Made by a program: the position numbers and the translations under genes
Shown: piece by piece, positions 48,500 through 56,814 of the stretch
Numbering within the stretch: position 1 is the stretch's first letter
Layout: every line of letters starts with the position of its first letter
NCBI GenBank assembly: GCA_046297395.1
Contig: JBKCNM010000089.1
Coordinates: 10,243 to 74,242, forward strand
Direction of reading: 5' to 3'
Source of the DNA: Bacteroidota bacterium
GTDB lineage: Bacteria; Bacteroidota; Bacteroidia; UBA4408
Length of the DNA: 64,000 bases
Notes under the pieces: generated by a model
What the model was told of the DNA's origin: nothing
The model's input: the letters and a program-made list of their open reading frames with translations, nothing else
Database searches by the model: none

Positions 48500-49415
48500 A
48501 CATCTGCCTGCTTTTGTGTCTGCCGATGCAATTGCCTTTTCGGAGATGGTAAAGCAGCATCAACAAAAAATTTGTAAAGCCTTGGAGCATGCAGATGGTG
48601 GGGCAATCTTTCATGCTGATCCCTGGGAGAGACCACAAGGAGGCGGAGGAGAAACGCGTGTGATTCAACAGGGGAATCTGCTCGAAAAGGGTGGAGTAAA
48701 CCGTTCTGATGTATGGGGTGATTTGCCTGCCTTTATGCAACTTGAGCACCATACCGGAAATGATACATTTTTTGCTACCGGCTTGAGTATCGTCATCCAT
48801 CCATTTCATCCTTTTGTTCCTATCATTCATATGAACATCCGGTATTTCGAAACCAACCAAGGAAAATACTGGTTTGGCGGAGGCATTGACCTCACACCTG
48901 CCTACATTCATATGGAAGATGCAAGGCTGTTTCATTCAGGAATTAAAACAATATGCGATAAATACAATGTGCAATTCTATGACACATTCAGCAAGCAGGC
49001 AGCGCACTATTTTTATTTGCCCAATCGCGGAGAAACAAGAGGAATCGGCGGCATTTTTTTTGATCATCTGCACGCAGAAAATACAGGAATAGATAAGTTA
49101 AAACTGCATACATTTTGTAGTGAACTTGCAGATTTTTTTCCTGTTGTGTATCTTGAACTCATAGAAAAAAACAAACTTATTCCATACAATGAAAGCAACT
49201 GCAAATGGCAGCGCTTGCGAAGAGGCAGATACGCAGAGTTTAATCTGCTTTATGACCGAGGTACAAAATTCGGTTTGGAAACAAATGGCAGAACAGAATC
49301 CATTCTCATGAGTCTTCCGCCTCTTGCAGAATGGGTTTACCAGCATGAACCGATGCCCGGAAGTGCTGAATACGAAACCCTACAAATGCTCAAAAATAAT
49401 CCGTCATGGATCTGA
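48480..49415 (+). CDS. hemF: Oxygen-dependent coproporphyrinogen III oxidase
   Basis: 311 aa with 'ETRVIQQGNLLEKGGVNRSDVWG' and 'YFETNQGKYWFGGGIDLTP'. Confidence 0.85.
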   Translation: MLAPRTEHLPAFVSADAIAFSEMVKQHQQKICKALEHADGGAIFHADPWERPQGGGGETRVIQQGNLLEKGGVNRSDVWGDLPAFMQLEHHTGNDTFFATGLSIVIHPFHPFVPIIHMNIRYFETNQGKYWFGGGIDLTPAYIHMEDARLFHSGIKTICDKYNVQFYDTFSKQAAHYFYLPNRGETRGIGGIFFDHLHAENTGIDKLKLHTFCSELADFFPVVYLELIEKNKLIPYNESNCKWQRLRRGRYAEFNLLYDRGTKFGLETNGRTESILMSLPPLAEWVYQHEPMPGSAEYETLQMLKNNPSWI

Positions 49416-50227
49416 AACATATGCAGATACCTCTACTGAGGAATTACGCCGGATCTCCCTTTTTTTTAATGGCAGGTCCTTGCGTGGTAGAGAACAAACA
49501 ACTCCTCGAACATACTGCACCGGTGATTGCAGAAATCTGTGAAGGACTGGGCATTCCTTTTGTCTTTAAATCAAGCTATCGCAAAGCGAATCGCACCAAG
49601 GCTTCCTCCTTTACAGGTATTGGAGATGAAAAGGCACTTGAATTTTTAGCAGACATACGCAATAAGTATCAAGTGCCCGTTGTTACAGATATTCATCTGC
49701 CCGAAGAAGCTGCCATGGCTGCAAAATATGTAGATATTCTTCAGATTCCCGCCTTTCTGTGCAGACAAAGCGATTTGTTGGAAGCTGCTGCTGCAACAGG
49801 AAAACCGGTGAACATCAAGAAGGGACAATTCCTCTCAGGTGCCTCCATGCAGTTTGCTGTAGAGAAAATCAAGGAAGCGGGAAATCCACACATCATGCTA
49901 ACAGAAAGGGGCAATAGTTTTGGTTACAGCGACCTGGTTGTAGACATGCTGAATATACCGGTGATGCAGCAGTTTGGCGTACCGGTAATCATGGATGTTA
50001 CCCACAGCCTGCAACAGCCAAATACCGGATCGGGGGTTACAGGTGGAAAACCTGCGTTTATCAATTGCATGGCCTCAGCTGCTGTGGCAGCCGGTTGTGA
50101 CGGACTTTTCATAGAAACACATCCACATCCCCAAACTGCGCTTAGCGATGGAGCCAATATGCTTCCGTTGGCAGACCTCAAAAAGTTGCTTGTACGCTTA
50201 AGTAAAATACGCACGGCCTTGCAATGA
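49406..50227 (+). CDS. kdsA: 3-deoxy-8-phosphooctulonate synthase
   Basis: 273 aa with 'AGPCVVEN...FVFKSSYRKANRTKASSFTGIG' and the DAHP/KDO8P synthase fold. Confidence 0.9.
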   Translation: MDLKHMQIPLLRNYAGSPFFLMAGPCVVENKQLLEHTAPVIAEICEGLGIPFVFKSSYRKANRTKASSFTGIGDEKALEFLADIRNKYQVPVVTDIHLPEEAAMAAKYVDILQIPAFLCRQSDLLEAAAATGKPVNIKKGQFLSGASMQFAVEKIKEAGNPHIMLTERGNSFGYSDLVVDMLNIPVMQQFGVPVIMDVTHSLQQPNTGSGVTGGKPAFINCMASAAVAAGCDGLFIETHPHPQTALSDGANMLPLADLKKLLVRLSKIRTALQ

Positions 50228-51663
50228 TGAAAAGAAGGATATTCCATACAATCTGTGTACTGATTATCCTGGCCGGTAAATTACTGGCACAACCCATCAC
50301 TTTTAAAACCACCTATCCCAACCCGAATGAGAGAGAAGGGCGTTCTGTTGTGCAATTACAAAGAGGTGGATTCCTGCTGTGCGGAACAGATGGAGGTTTT
50401 ACCTCAGGAAGTTCTGACCTGATGCTCATCAAAACAAGACCCAACGGATTACAGGAATGGTCGAAAAATTTTGGTGGCAATGATGCAGAAAATGGTGTGA
50501 GCGTGTTTGAAGATTCTGTATTACATCATTTCATTGCATCCGGCATGACAAATACTCAAGAAAATGCCTACCAGGCTTTTGTTGTTTGCACCGACACAAT
50601 GGGTAATTTGTTATGGCAAAAATCATATGGCGGAAGTGCATGGGAAGGGCTGAAAGGTAGCATGTATCTGGATGCTCAGCATTATCTTTTTTGGGGATTT
50701 GCCTCTGATAGCCTGGGTACAAGACCATGGCTTTTTCAGACAGATACCGCAGGCAACATCATTTGGCAGAAAACCTATCCAACCACTTTGTTTGAAGAAA
50801 TAAATGCTGTTGACATCATGGGTGATTCTGTGCTCTATGCCTGTGGGTACAAAAAAATATCCGATACCATATCCAATATTGTACTTGCCAAACTCAGACT
50901 TACAGGTGATACAGTTTGGGTTAAAACATTTTACTCGGGCTATGATGAGAAAGCCAATGATATTGAAATCACTGATGACGGAAAGATATGGGTACTAGGC
51001 TATACCAAAAATGCACCCCAGGGCAACGACAATCTCTATTTGATTACTTGTTCACCTGTTGGTGACACCTTGTTTACGGTGAATAAAGGATCTTATGACA
51101 AAGAATTCGGAATGACGCTTGCAGCAAGCACGGAGGGATACATTGCACTGAGTGGACAAACAGAAGGCCCGGGTTATGTGCAGATTTATACATACATGGT
51201 TAATCCTTTTGGTTTTTACCATGCTGCAACCACCTATCTCGCTCCACAGAACAATGCATCTACCAGCAATTACCAGGCAAGGGTTTATGACATCAAGGGA
51301 ACAAGAGATTCAGGCTATGTAATGGCCTGTTCACTCTTTAACCAGCTTCTACAAAAAAATGAGCCTTACCTGATCAAAACAGATAGAATGGGAAATGCAC
51401 TGACCCATACAAAACTCCTTCCACCGAATAAACATGCTCATGCTTTTTATCCCAATCCTTGCACTGATAAAATCTGTTTCAAGGGATCTCTTCAAGCCAT
51501 AAAAAGCATTCGCATATTTGATGCTGCAGGCGCAGAAAGGTTTAGGGCAAGCCATCCGGGAAATTGCATCAATATCGAAGGCCTTGGTCCCGGTTTTTTT
51601 ACCACAGAAATTACGATGCATGACGGTACTATCGAGGTTCACAGACTGGTTGTTACTAAATAA
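50224..51663 (+). CDS. Secreted beta-propeller-repeat protein with a T9SS C-terminal sorting domain
   Basis: Signal peptide. Repeated 'G..W.K.YGG' blade-like motifs. C-terminal 'FYPNPCTDKICFKG...IRIFDAAGAERF...GPGFFTTEITMHDGTIEVHRLVVTK' is a Por_Secre_tail-like domain. Confidence 0.6.
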   Translation: MMKRRIFHTICVLIILAGKLLAQPITFKTTYPNPNEREGRSVVQLQRGGFLLCGTDGGFTSGSSDLMLIKTRPNGLQEWSKNFGGNDAENGVSVFEDSVLHHFIASGMTNTQENAYQAFVVCTDTMGNLLWQKSYGGSAWEGLKGSMYLDAQHYLFWGFASDSLGTRPWLFQTDTAGNIIWQKTYPTTLFEEINAVDIMGDSVLYACGYKKISDTISNIVLAKLRLTGDTVWVKTFYSGYDEKANDIEITDDGKIWVLGYTKNAPQGNDNLYLITCSPVGDTLFTVNKGSYDKEFGMTLAASTEGYIALSGQTEGPGYVQIYTYMVNPFGFYHAATTYLAPQNNASTSNYQARVYDIKGTRDSGYVMACSLFNQLLQKNEPYLIKTDRMGNALTHTKLLPPNKHAHAFYPNPCTDKICFKGSLQAIKSIRIFDAAGAERFRASHPGNCINIEGLGPGFFTTEITMHDGTIEVHRLVVTK

Positions 51664-53062
51664 AAAATTAGGAATCCTGTTTGTTTTTCTGTTTGCTTTC
51701 TGCATACGCATGGCAGGCCTTGGCAGGAATGATATATGCATGGATGAACCTTTTTCTATTTGGCTTTCTCAATATCAACCTTTCGAGATTTTAAGCATTT
51801 GCCTTTCCGGTAACAATATGCCGCTTTTTGAGTGGCTCATGTTTCCATACCTGAAACTCACAGGATTTTCAAATCCCTTCATGATGCTATTGCCTTCGGT
51901 ACTCTTTTCAGCGGCGTGTATCACCATTTGGTATTTTATCTTCCTTAAAGAAAACAAAATCACATCAGCCATTGCAAGTGTATTTGTATTGTTACTTGCT
52001 CAGCCTCTGCAACTGCTTGCGCACGAATTCAGGTGCTATTCTTTATTTTATCTCCTTTGTACGCTGCAAATCATGTTTACGATTGAGCTTGTGAGGAAAA
52101 AAAAATCGGCCAAACTTTTTGTTGCGGCAGGCATGATCAATGGTCTGCTCATCTTCACGCATTACCTCGCCTTTTTCAGCCTGGCAGCACAATTCATCAT
52201 TCTCCTTGTTTTTTTGAGAAAAGAAGCAATCAAACACCTATTGTTTGTATTTCTCCCTGCTATTGTTTTGCTCTGTCCTTTCTTGTTTCAGATGCTTGGC
52301 AGGATTGCTCAATCAGATCAGTTCACATGGGTGCCGGCATTAACCTGGAAGGTACTCTACGGAAGCGTGGTTAGTTTTATGAATGGTTGGATTACCCTCT
52401 TGTGTTTTGCTGTGGGTGCGGCGTTCACTTTCATAAAAAACAAATCCATCAGGCTTTCCGACTTGCATGTTGTTCTCTTGTTCTTTTTTTTAGTACCCCT
52501 CCTGGGGATGCTTTTGTTTTCATTGAAGTCACCCATCATCACTCCTCGTTATCTGGGATTCTTGATGATTCCCGGTCTGGTATTTTTTGTTACCCTTCCG
52601 GATTCCGGTCGCGGAAGCCAAATTCCCACCTTTGTTGCGATTCTGTTTATGCTAAGTCAGTTTAACCATGCCCCTTGGTCGGGAAGGTCTCCAGATGAAT
52701 TTGTTGCCTTTGCGAAAAGTCAAAAAAAGAAAAATGAAAACATTTATTTGTATCCCGGTTATAGAAATCTGGAATTTGCCTGGTATTGGAACAGGGAGTT
52801 TTTTTCTACCCCCGACAGCATCAATGCCCTTTTAGAGAAAGATGGCGTGTATGCAATCCATCAATACGAAGATTTAAAAGACCACGCGTGGGGGCAATCC
52901 TCCTTTCTTTTATGTGAGGCGGATGTGGAAGGCAACATGCCTGCCTACTCTCTGCATGTGATGGTGAGAAAAGAACGGATCAAGACATCCTCCGCTTATT
53001 TCCCGCATACTTATTATGTAACAAGATTTATTTCACCCCATGGAGGGAAATCAAATCCTTGA
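51620..53062 (+). CDS. ArnT-like GT-C glycosyltransferase-family membrane protein
   Basis: N-terminal 'LGILFVFLFAFCIRMAGLGRNDICMDEPFSIW' matches the ArnT/GT39-83 first-helix and loop pattern (R..GLG....DE.FS), followed by about 12 TM helices. The first in-frame ATG is at 51620 and overlaps the upstream gene by 44 nt. The ORF begins at 51518. Confidence 0.6.
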   Translation: MTVLSRFTDWLLLNKKLGILFVFLFAFCIRMAGLGRNDICMDEPFSIWLSQYQPFEILSICLSGNNMPLFEWLMFPYLKLTGFSNPFMMLLPSVLFSAACITIWYFIFLKENKITSAIASVFVLLLAQPLQLLAHEFRCYSLFYLLCTLQIMFTIELVRKKKSAKLFVAAGMINGLLIFTHYLAFFSLAAQFIILLVFLRKEAIKHLLFVFLPAIVLLCPFLFQMLGRIAQSDQFTWVPALTWKVLYGSVVSFMNGWITLLCFAVGAAFTFIKNKSIRLSDLHVVLLFFFLVPLLGMLLFSLKSPIITPRYLGFLMIPGLVFFVTLPDSGRGSQIPTFVAILFMLSQFNHAPWSGRSPDEFVAFAKSQKKKNENIYLYPGYRNLEFAWYWNREFFSTPDSINALLEKDGVYAIHQYEDLKDHAWGQSSFLLCEADVEGNMPAYSLHVMVRKERIKTSSAYFPHTYYVTRFISPHGGKSNP

Positions 53063-53705
53063 TAAAGCGAGAAATATATTCATCCAGAGGCTCACTTTGA
53101 TCATAGTCTGATAAGGCGGGTAATTTTTCCGCTACATGCATTTGCTGATAAATTCCCAGTACCAGCAGAAAAGCAAAAGAGCGGGGAAATTTGTATCCGG
53201 GCATGATGGCGGAAAGAAGATTTCCAATTTTGTTTACAAAAGTTTTAAAATAAACAAAATAGCCTTCTTTATTATCTTCTTGGGCCATTTGGGTAATATA
53301 GATTTTGGAGAATTCAGTAATCATGATTCGGTGAATCAGGAGTGGATCTCCAATCAAATCAATGTTTGTTGGCAGGTTTTTTCCTGCCATCATTTCGATG
53401 GCTTTGTTCAGGATCTGTGCAGGCGCTTTCATTTCTCGTGTTTGATAATGAATTGAAAAATAGATAAATGCCCAATAACATCCGGAAATATAAAGAAGCA
53501 GTTTATGCTTATTTTCAAAATATCTGTACACGGTTGATTCAACCGTATCGGCTTTCTCTGCCAGGCGGCTAAGGTGAAAAGATTCATAGCCCTCATCTGC
53601 TATTAATTGAATGGCGGTGTTCAGTATTTTAAGCCCTGTGCGACTATGCGAGGGATCATGCTGAGCCATCCGTGAAGGAATATGTACCTGAAAATGAAGT
53701 TTCAT
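53028..53705 (-). CDS. TetR/AcrR family transcriptional regulator
   Basis: HTH 'GYESFHLSRLAEKADTVESTVYRYFENKHKLL'. It is the last gene of the minus-strand efflux operon, with a 4-nt overlap to the upstream gene. Confidence 0.8.
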   Translation of the reverse strand: MKLHFQVHIPSRMAQHDPSHSRTGLKILNTAIQLIADEGYESFHLSRLAEKADTVESTVYRYFENKHKLLLYISGCYWAFIYFSIHYQTREMKAPAQILNKAIEMMAGKNLPTNIDLIGDPLLIHRIMITEFSKIYITQMAQEDNKEGYFVYFKTFVNKIGNLLSAIMPGYKFPRSFAFLLVLGIYQQMHVAEKLPALSDYDQSEPLDEYISRFIKDLISLHGVK

Positions 53706-54025
53706 TTATCGTTTGTAGTTTGGGTATGTGCCATAATCAGACCGGTATGATGACTAGAAAAATTCGTAATAGGAATACCAAAAAAGAGTGGTATATGATC
53801 CATGCAAAGTTCATTGATTACCTCCTCAATTCTGCTAAAAAGTAGGGCTCTGGTGGGTGCCTGATAGATGATGGTTTTCTCTAGAAATCCTCCATATTCG
53901 GTATTCATCAGATCAGAGGAGTTTTCAATCTGATAAATGCGGTAAACGAGTTTTTCACGAATGAGCACCGGAACAACTTTGTCAGCCTGTTCCTGGCTGT
54001 TGAAATGGATTTGGATAAGTATCAT
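53702..54025 (-). CDS. Small hypothetical protein, possibly PII/CutA-like fold
   Basis: 107 aa. A loose beta-alpha-beta pattern resembles CutA1 (ILIQIHFNSQEQADKVVPVLIREKLV...). I would not trust this without an HMM. Confidence 0.35.
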   Translation of the reverse strand: MILIQIHFNSQEQADKVVPVLIREKLVYRIYQIENSSDLMNTEYGGFLEKTIIYQAPTRALLFSRIEEVINELCMDHIPLFFGIPITNFSSHHTGLIMAHTQTTNDK

Positions 54026-54030
54026 GGGAA

Positions 54031-55467
54031 TTAATTTATAATTTGAGTGGCCGTGCCGCAGGACCAGAAAAGGGCAATGATCGATTTAAAATATTTGGCC
54101 TTCAGTTCCACCATTTTATTTTCGGCCTCTACCAACTTTTGCTGGCGCGCATTAATAAGAAACACCGAACTCTCGCCACTTAAAAATCTTTGTTCTTCGC
54201 CATCCAGCATGGTTTTATAATTTTCCACCATTTGGTCTAACAATTCCAACTGCCTGAAGTTATTTTTAACATCATTGATGGCCATTTGAATTTTGTTCTG
54301 CAAAGCCAATAATTTCCATGAGAGGGCATAGTTTGTTTCGTTAATCTTTACATTGCTCATACGGATATCGCCGCGCTCTCTGCGCAGAAAAAGAGGAAAA
54401 ACAAATTCTGCACCAAACTTGTAATTCTGGGACATGTATAAATACTGCATCTGCTCAGAGGTAATTCCCTGACCTTTTGCAAGCAGGTTGTAAGAGAGGT
54501 TGAGCTTGGGTTTCAGCTTGTCACGGTACAATCGATTTTCGATGCGGTAGGTATCAATTTTATAACGGGTTACCAAAATATCAGGATGACGGTTTACGAT
54601 TGCCGACAATCGGTCGCTGATGGTATCGGTGAATACACCTCCCGGATTAATTTTCAATGAATCGGTCATGAGCGGAACGGTCTCCGGATTAAGCTGCAAA
54701 GGATTGGCCTGATCATCCCAAAGAAATACGGAGAGCTCCAGTCCGGCATTGCGGAACTCATTTTCCCATTTGATCACCTGGGTAAGCATATTTTGCAACT
54801 GAATCAGCGCCTCTACGGTATCTATCGGGGGAGATTCACCATTGGCCACACTGCCTTTGATACCATCAAATCTTACTCTTGCTACATCAGCAGATTTCCT
54901 GTAAACAATATACTGGTTGTAGGATTCCGACCATGACCAATAACTTTTGATGGCATCATACATCAGGTCATTGAGCATGCCCAGGCGTTCTGCTTCATTG
55001 CTTTTTTGTGCAATCCTGGCCTGCCAGAGTGCAGCCCTGCGTTTGTCTATGAGCAAGCCTTGTCCGAGCGGCATGGTAATGCCTGCAAAAGTGAGACCTG
55101 CGGCAGGTGTTACATCCTCCGGATTCAGATAAATTCCGTTCGCTGTTTGGTAACCGGCCTTCAGTCCCAAGCCAAATGGAGAATCCCACTTTAAACCGGA
55201 TTCTGTTACCCCGTAATATTTTTTTCCGGAGAATTCTTTCTGGTCTGCGTAACCAAAAAGGGTGGGATCGAAGGAACCTTTTGCCTGAAGCATTTGGGCA
55301 GAGGCCCTCATCCTCATTAAATCTGCTTGTTTGGCCACGGGATGATGAGCGAGAACCATGCGGGCAAAATCACGCTCGGTGAGTATCCCAGCCTGTGATT
55401 GTGCAAACAAAAAAAAGCAAATGATGCCCTGAAGGAGAATGGCCTTATTTTGAAGACTTCTTATCAT
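54031..55467 (-). CDS. TolC-family outer-membrane efflux protein
   Basis: The internal ATG gives a signal peptide (MIRSLQNKAILLQGIICFFLFAQSQA). It has two OEP repeats with long coiled coils. It overlaps hlyD by 23 nt. Confidence 0.8.
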   Translation of the reverse strand: MIRSLQNKAILLQGIICFFLFAQSQAGILTERDFARMVLAHHPVAKQADLMRMRASAQMLQAKGSFDPTLFGYADQKEFSGKKYYGVTESGLKWDSPFGLGLKAGYQTANGIYLNPEDVTPAAGLTFAGITMPLGQGLLIDKRRAALWQARIAQKSNEAERLGMLNDLMYDAIKSYWSWSESYNQYIVYRKSADVARVRFDGIKGSVANGESPPIDTVEALIQLQNMLTQVIKWENEFRNAGLELSVFLWDDQANPLQLNPETVPLMTDSLKINPGGVFTDTISDRLSAIVNRHPDILVTRYKIDTYRIENRLYRDKLKPKLNLSYNLLAKGQGITSEQMQYLYMSQNYKFGAEFVFPLFLRRERGDIRMSNVKINETNYALSWKLLALQNKIQMAINDVKNNFRQLELLDQMVENYKTMLDGEEQRFLSGESSVFLINARQQKLVEAENKMVELKAKYFKSIIALFWSCGTATQIIN

Positions 55468-56806
55468 CCTTGCTTTTTGATTCAGGTTTTTCAACATAGA
55501 AATCCGGAGGAAATGAATTGATCTTCCTCCACAATTCCCACCAAACCGGAACATCCTTGAGCAATACCAATCCATTGCATCCGGTGCCAACCCTGATTTG
55601 TTTAGGCCAGGAACCTTCTTCGGAATCTTCTCCCACAAGGATGCGGAATTTACCATGTTCGCTTACTGCATTGTCAATAGCCACAACCTTTCCACCAAAT
55701 GTTCCAAAAGAAAGCTGAGGCCAACCGCTAAAAATAATTGTGGGCCATCCATCAAATTCCATTCGGGCTTTTTCACCCAACTGGATAAGCGGCATGTCAT
55801 ATGGTTCCACATACATCTCAGTAGCCAGCCTTGCATCTGCAGGCATGATACTCACAATGGATTCACCTTCTTTAACCGTTTCGCCTAAGCCTTTTGTGAG
55901 GGCTTTGGTGATGTAACAATCCTGAGGGGCAAGAATAAAGTAAAAACTACTACGCAACTCATAATTTGAGTATTGGTTTTTAAGTTTAGAGATGGTGGCA
56001 TCAGCCTCAAACCTGTCTGATGATGCACTGAATTTTTCTGAGGTGGTCTTTGCCATCTTCTCGGCAAATTCATTGTTCACATACCCCAACTCAATAATGG
56101 CATTGGTAAGTTCATTCTTACTCACAAGCAATTTATTTTCCTGAGCGATTTTTTTTGCAAGGGTTTCCTGTAATTTCAATTTCCTTGTTTCCAATTCAGT
56201 GAGAGATCGCAAACCTTTACTAAAAAGGGTTTCCTGACGGGCAAACTGTTTTTCGGCTACTTCATATTGAACATTTGCAGCTACCAGCTCAATGCTATCG
56301 GATGTAACTTTTAATTTGGCCTGACGAATTTTGTTTCTGCACTGATTTACCTTGTTGATCTGGTTTAGCCTGAGCATGTCTATCTGCTTCTCAAGCGCTT
56401 CCACCTTCTTTTCATAACTCGTGCGTGAACCTGCTTTGGCCTCAATCTGCTCCTTGGTTCTCTTAAGCAAGTCAGGGTCGATATATTCGGGTTTTATCTC
56501 TGACAGAAAAACAATTGTGTCTCCTTTTTTCACCAACTGCCCTTCTCTTACATACCATTTTTCCACGCGACCGGCAATGGTTGAATGAATTGTTTGGGGA
56601 CGCTGATCGGGTTTGAGCGTAGTTACTTCTCCCCTTCCCTGAATGTTCTGCGTCCAGGGCAGAAACATGACGATGAAGATAAACAACAACAAGGCCAAAA
56701 GAATACGCACATAGGACTTCCTAACAGAATTATCGTCGAAAGCAGAGAATGCTGTGTATTCTTTTTCGATTTGATCGGGTATGTTGCCTTCAGAGATATT
56801 AAGCAT
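55445..56806 (-). CDS. HlyD-family membrane fusion / periplasmic adaptor protein
   Basis: 453 aa with an N-terminal TM helix (ILLALLLFIFIVMFLPW), a long coiled-coil hairpin, and barrel-sandwich and beta-barrel domains. Confidence 0.8.
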   Translation of the reverse strand: MLNISEGNIPDQIEKEYTAFSAFDDNSVRKSYVRILLALLLFIFIVMFLPWTQNIQGRGEVTTLKPDQRPQTIHSTIAGRVEKWYVREGQLVKKGDTIVFLSEIKPEYIDPDLLKRTKEQIEAKAGSRTSYEKKVEALEKQIDMLRLNQINKVNQCRNKIRQAKLKVTSDSIELVAANVQYEVAEKQFARQETLFSKGLRSLTELETRKLKLQETLAKKIAQENKLLVSKNELTNAIIELGYVNNEFAEKMAKTTSEKFSASSDRFEADATISKLKNQYSNYELRSSFYFILAPQDCYITKALTKGLGETVKEGESIVSIMPADARLATEMYVEPYDMPLIQLGEKARMEFDGWPTIIFSGWPQLSFGTFGGKVVAIDNAVSEHGKFRILVGEDSEEGSWPKQIRVGTGCNGLVLLKDVPVWWELWRKINSFPPDFYVEKPESKSKDDKKSSK

Positions 56807-56814
56807 ACACCTGT

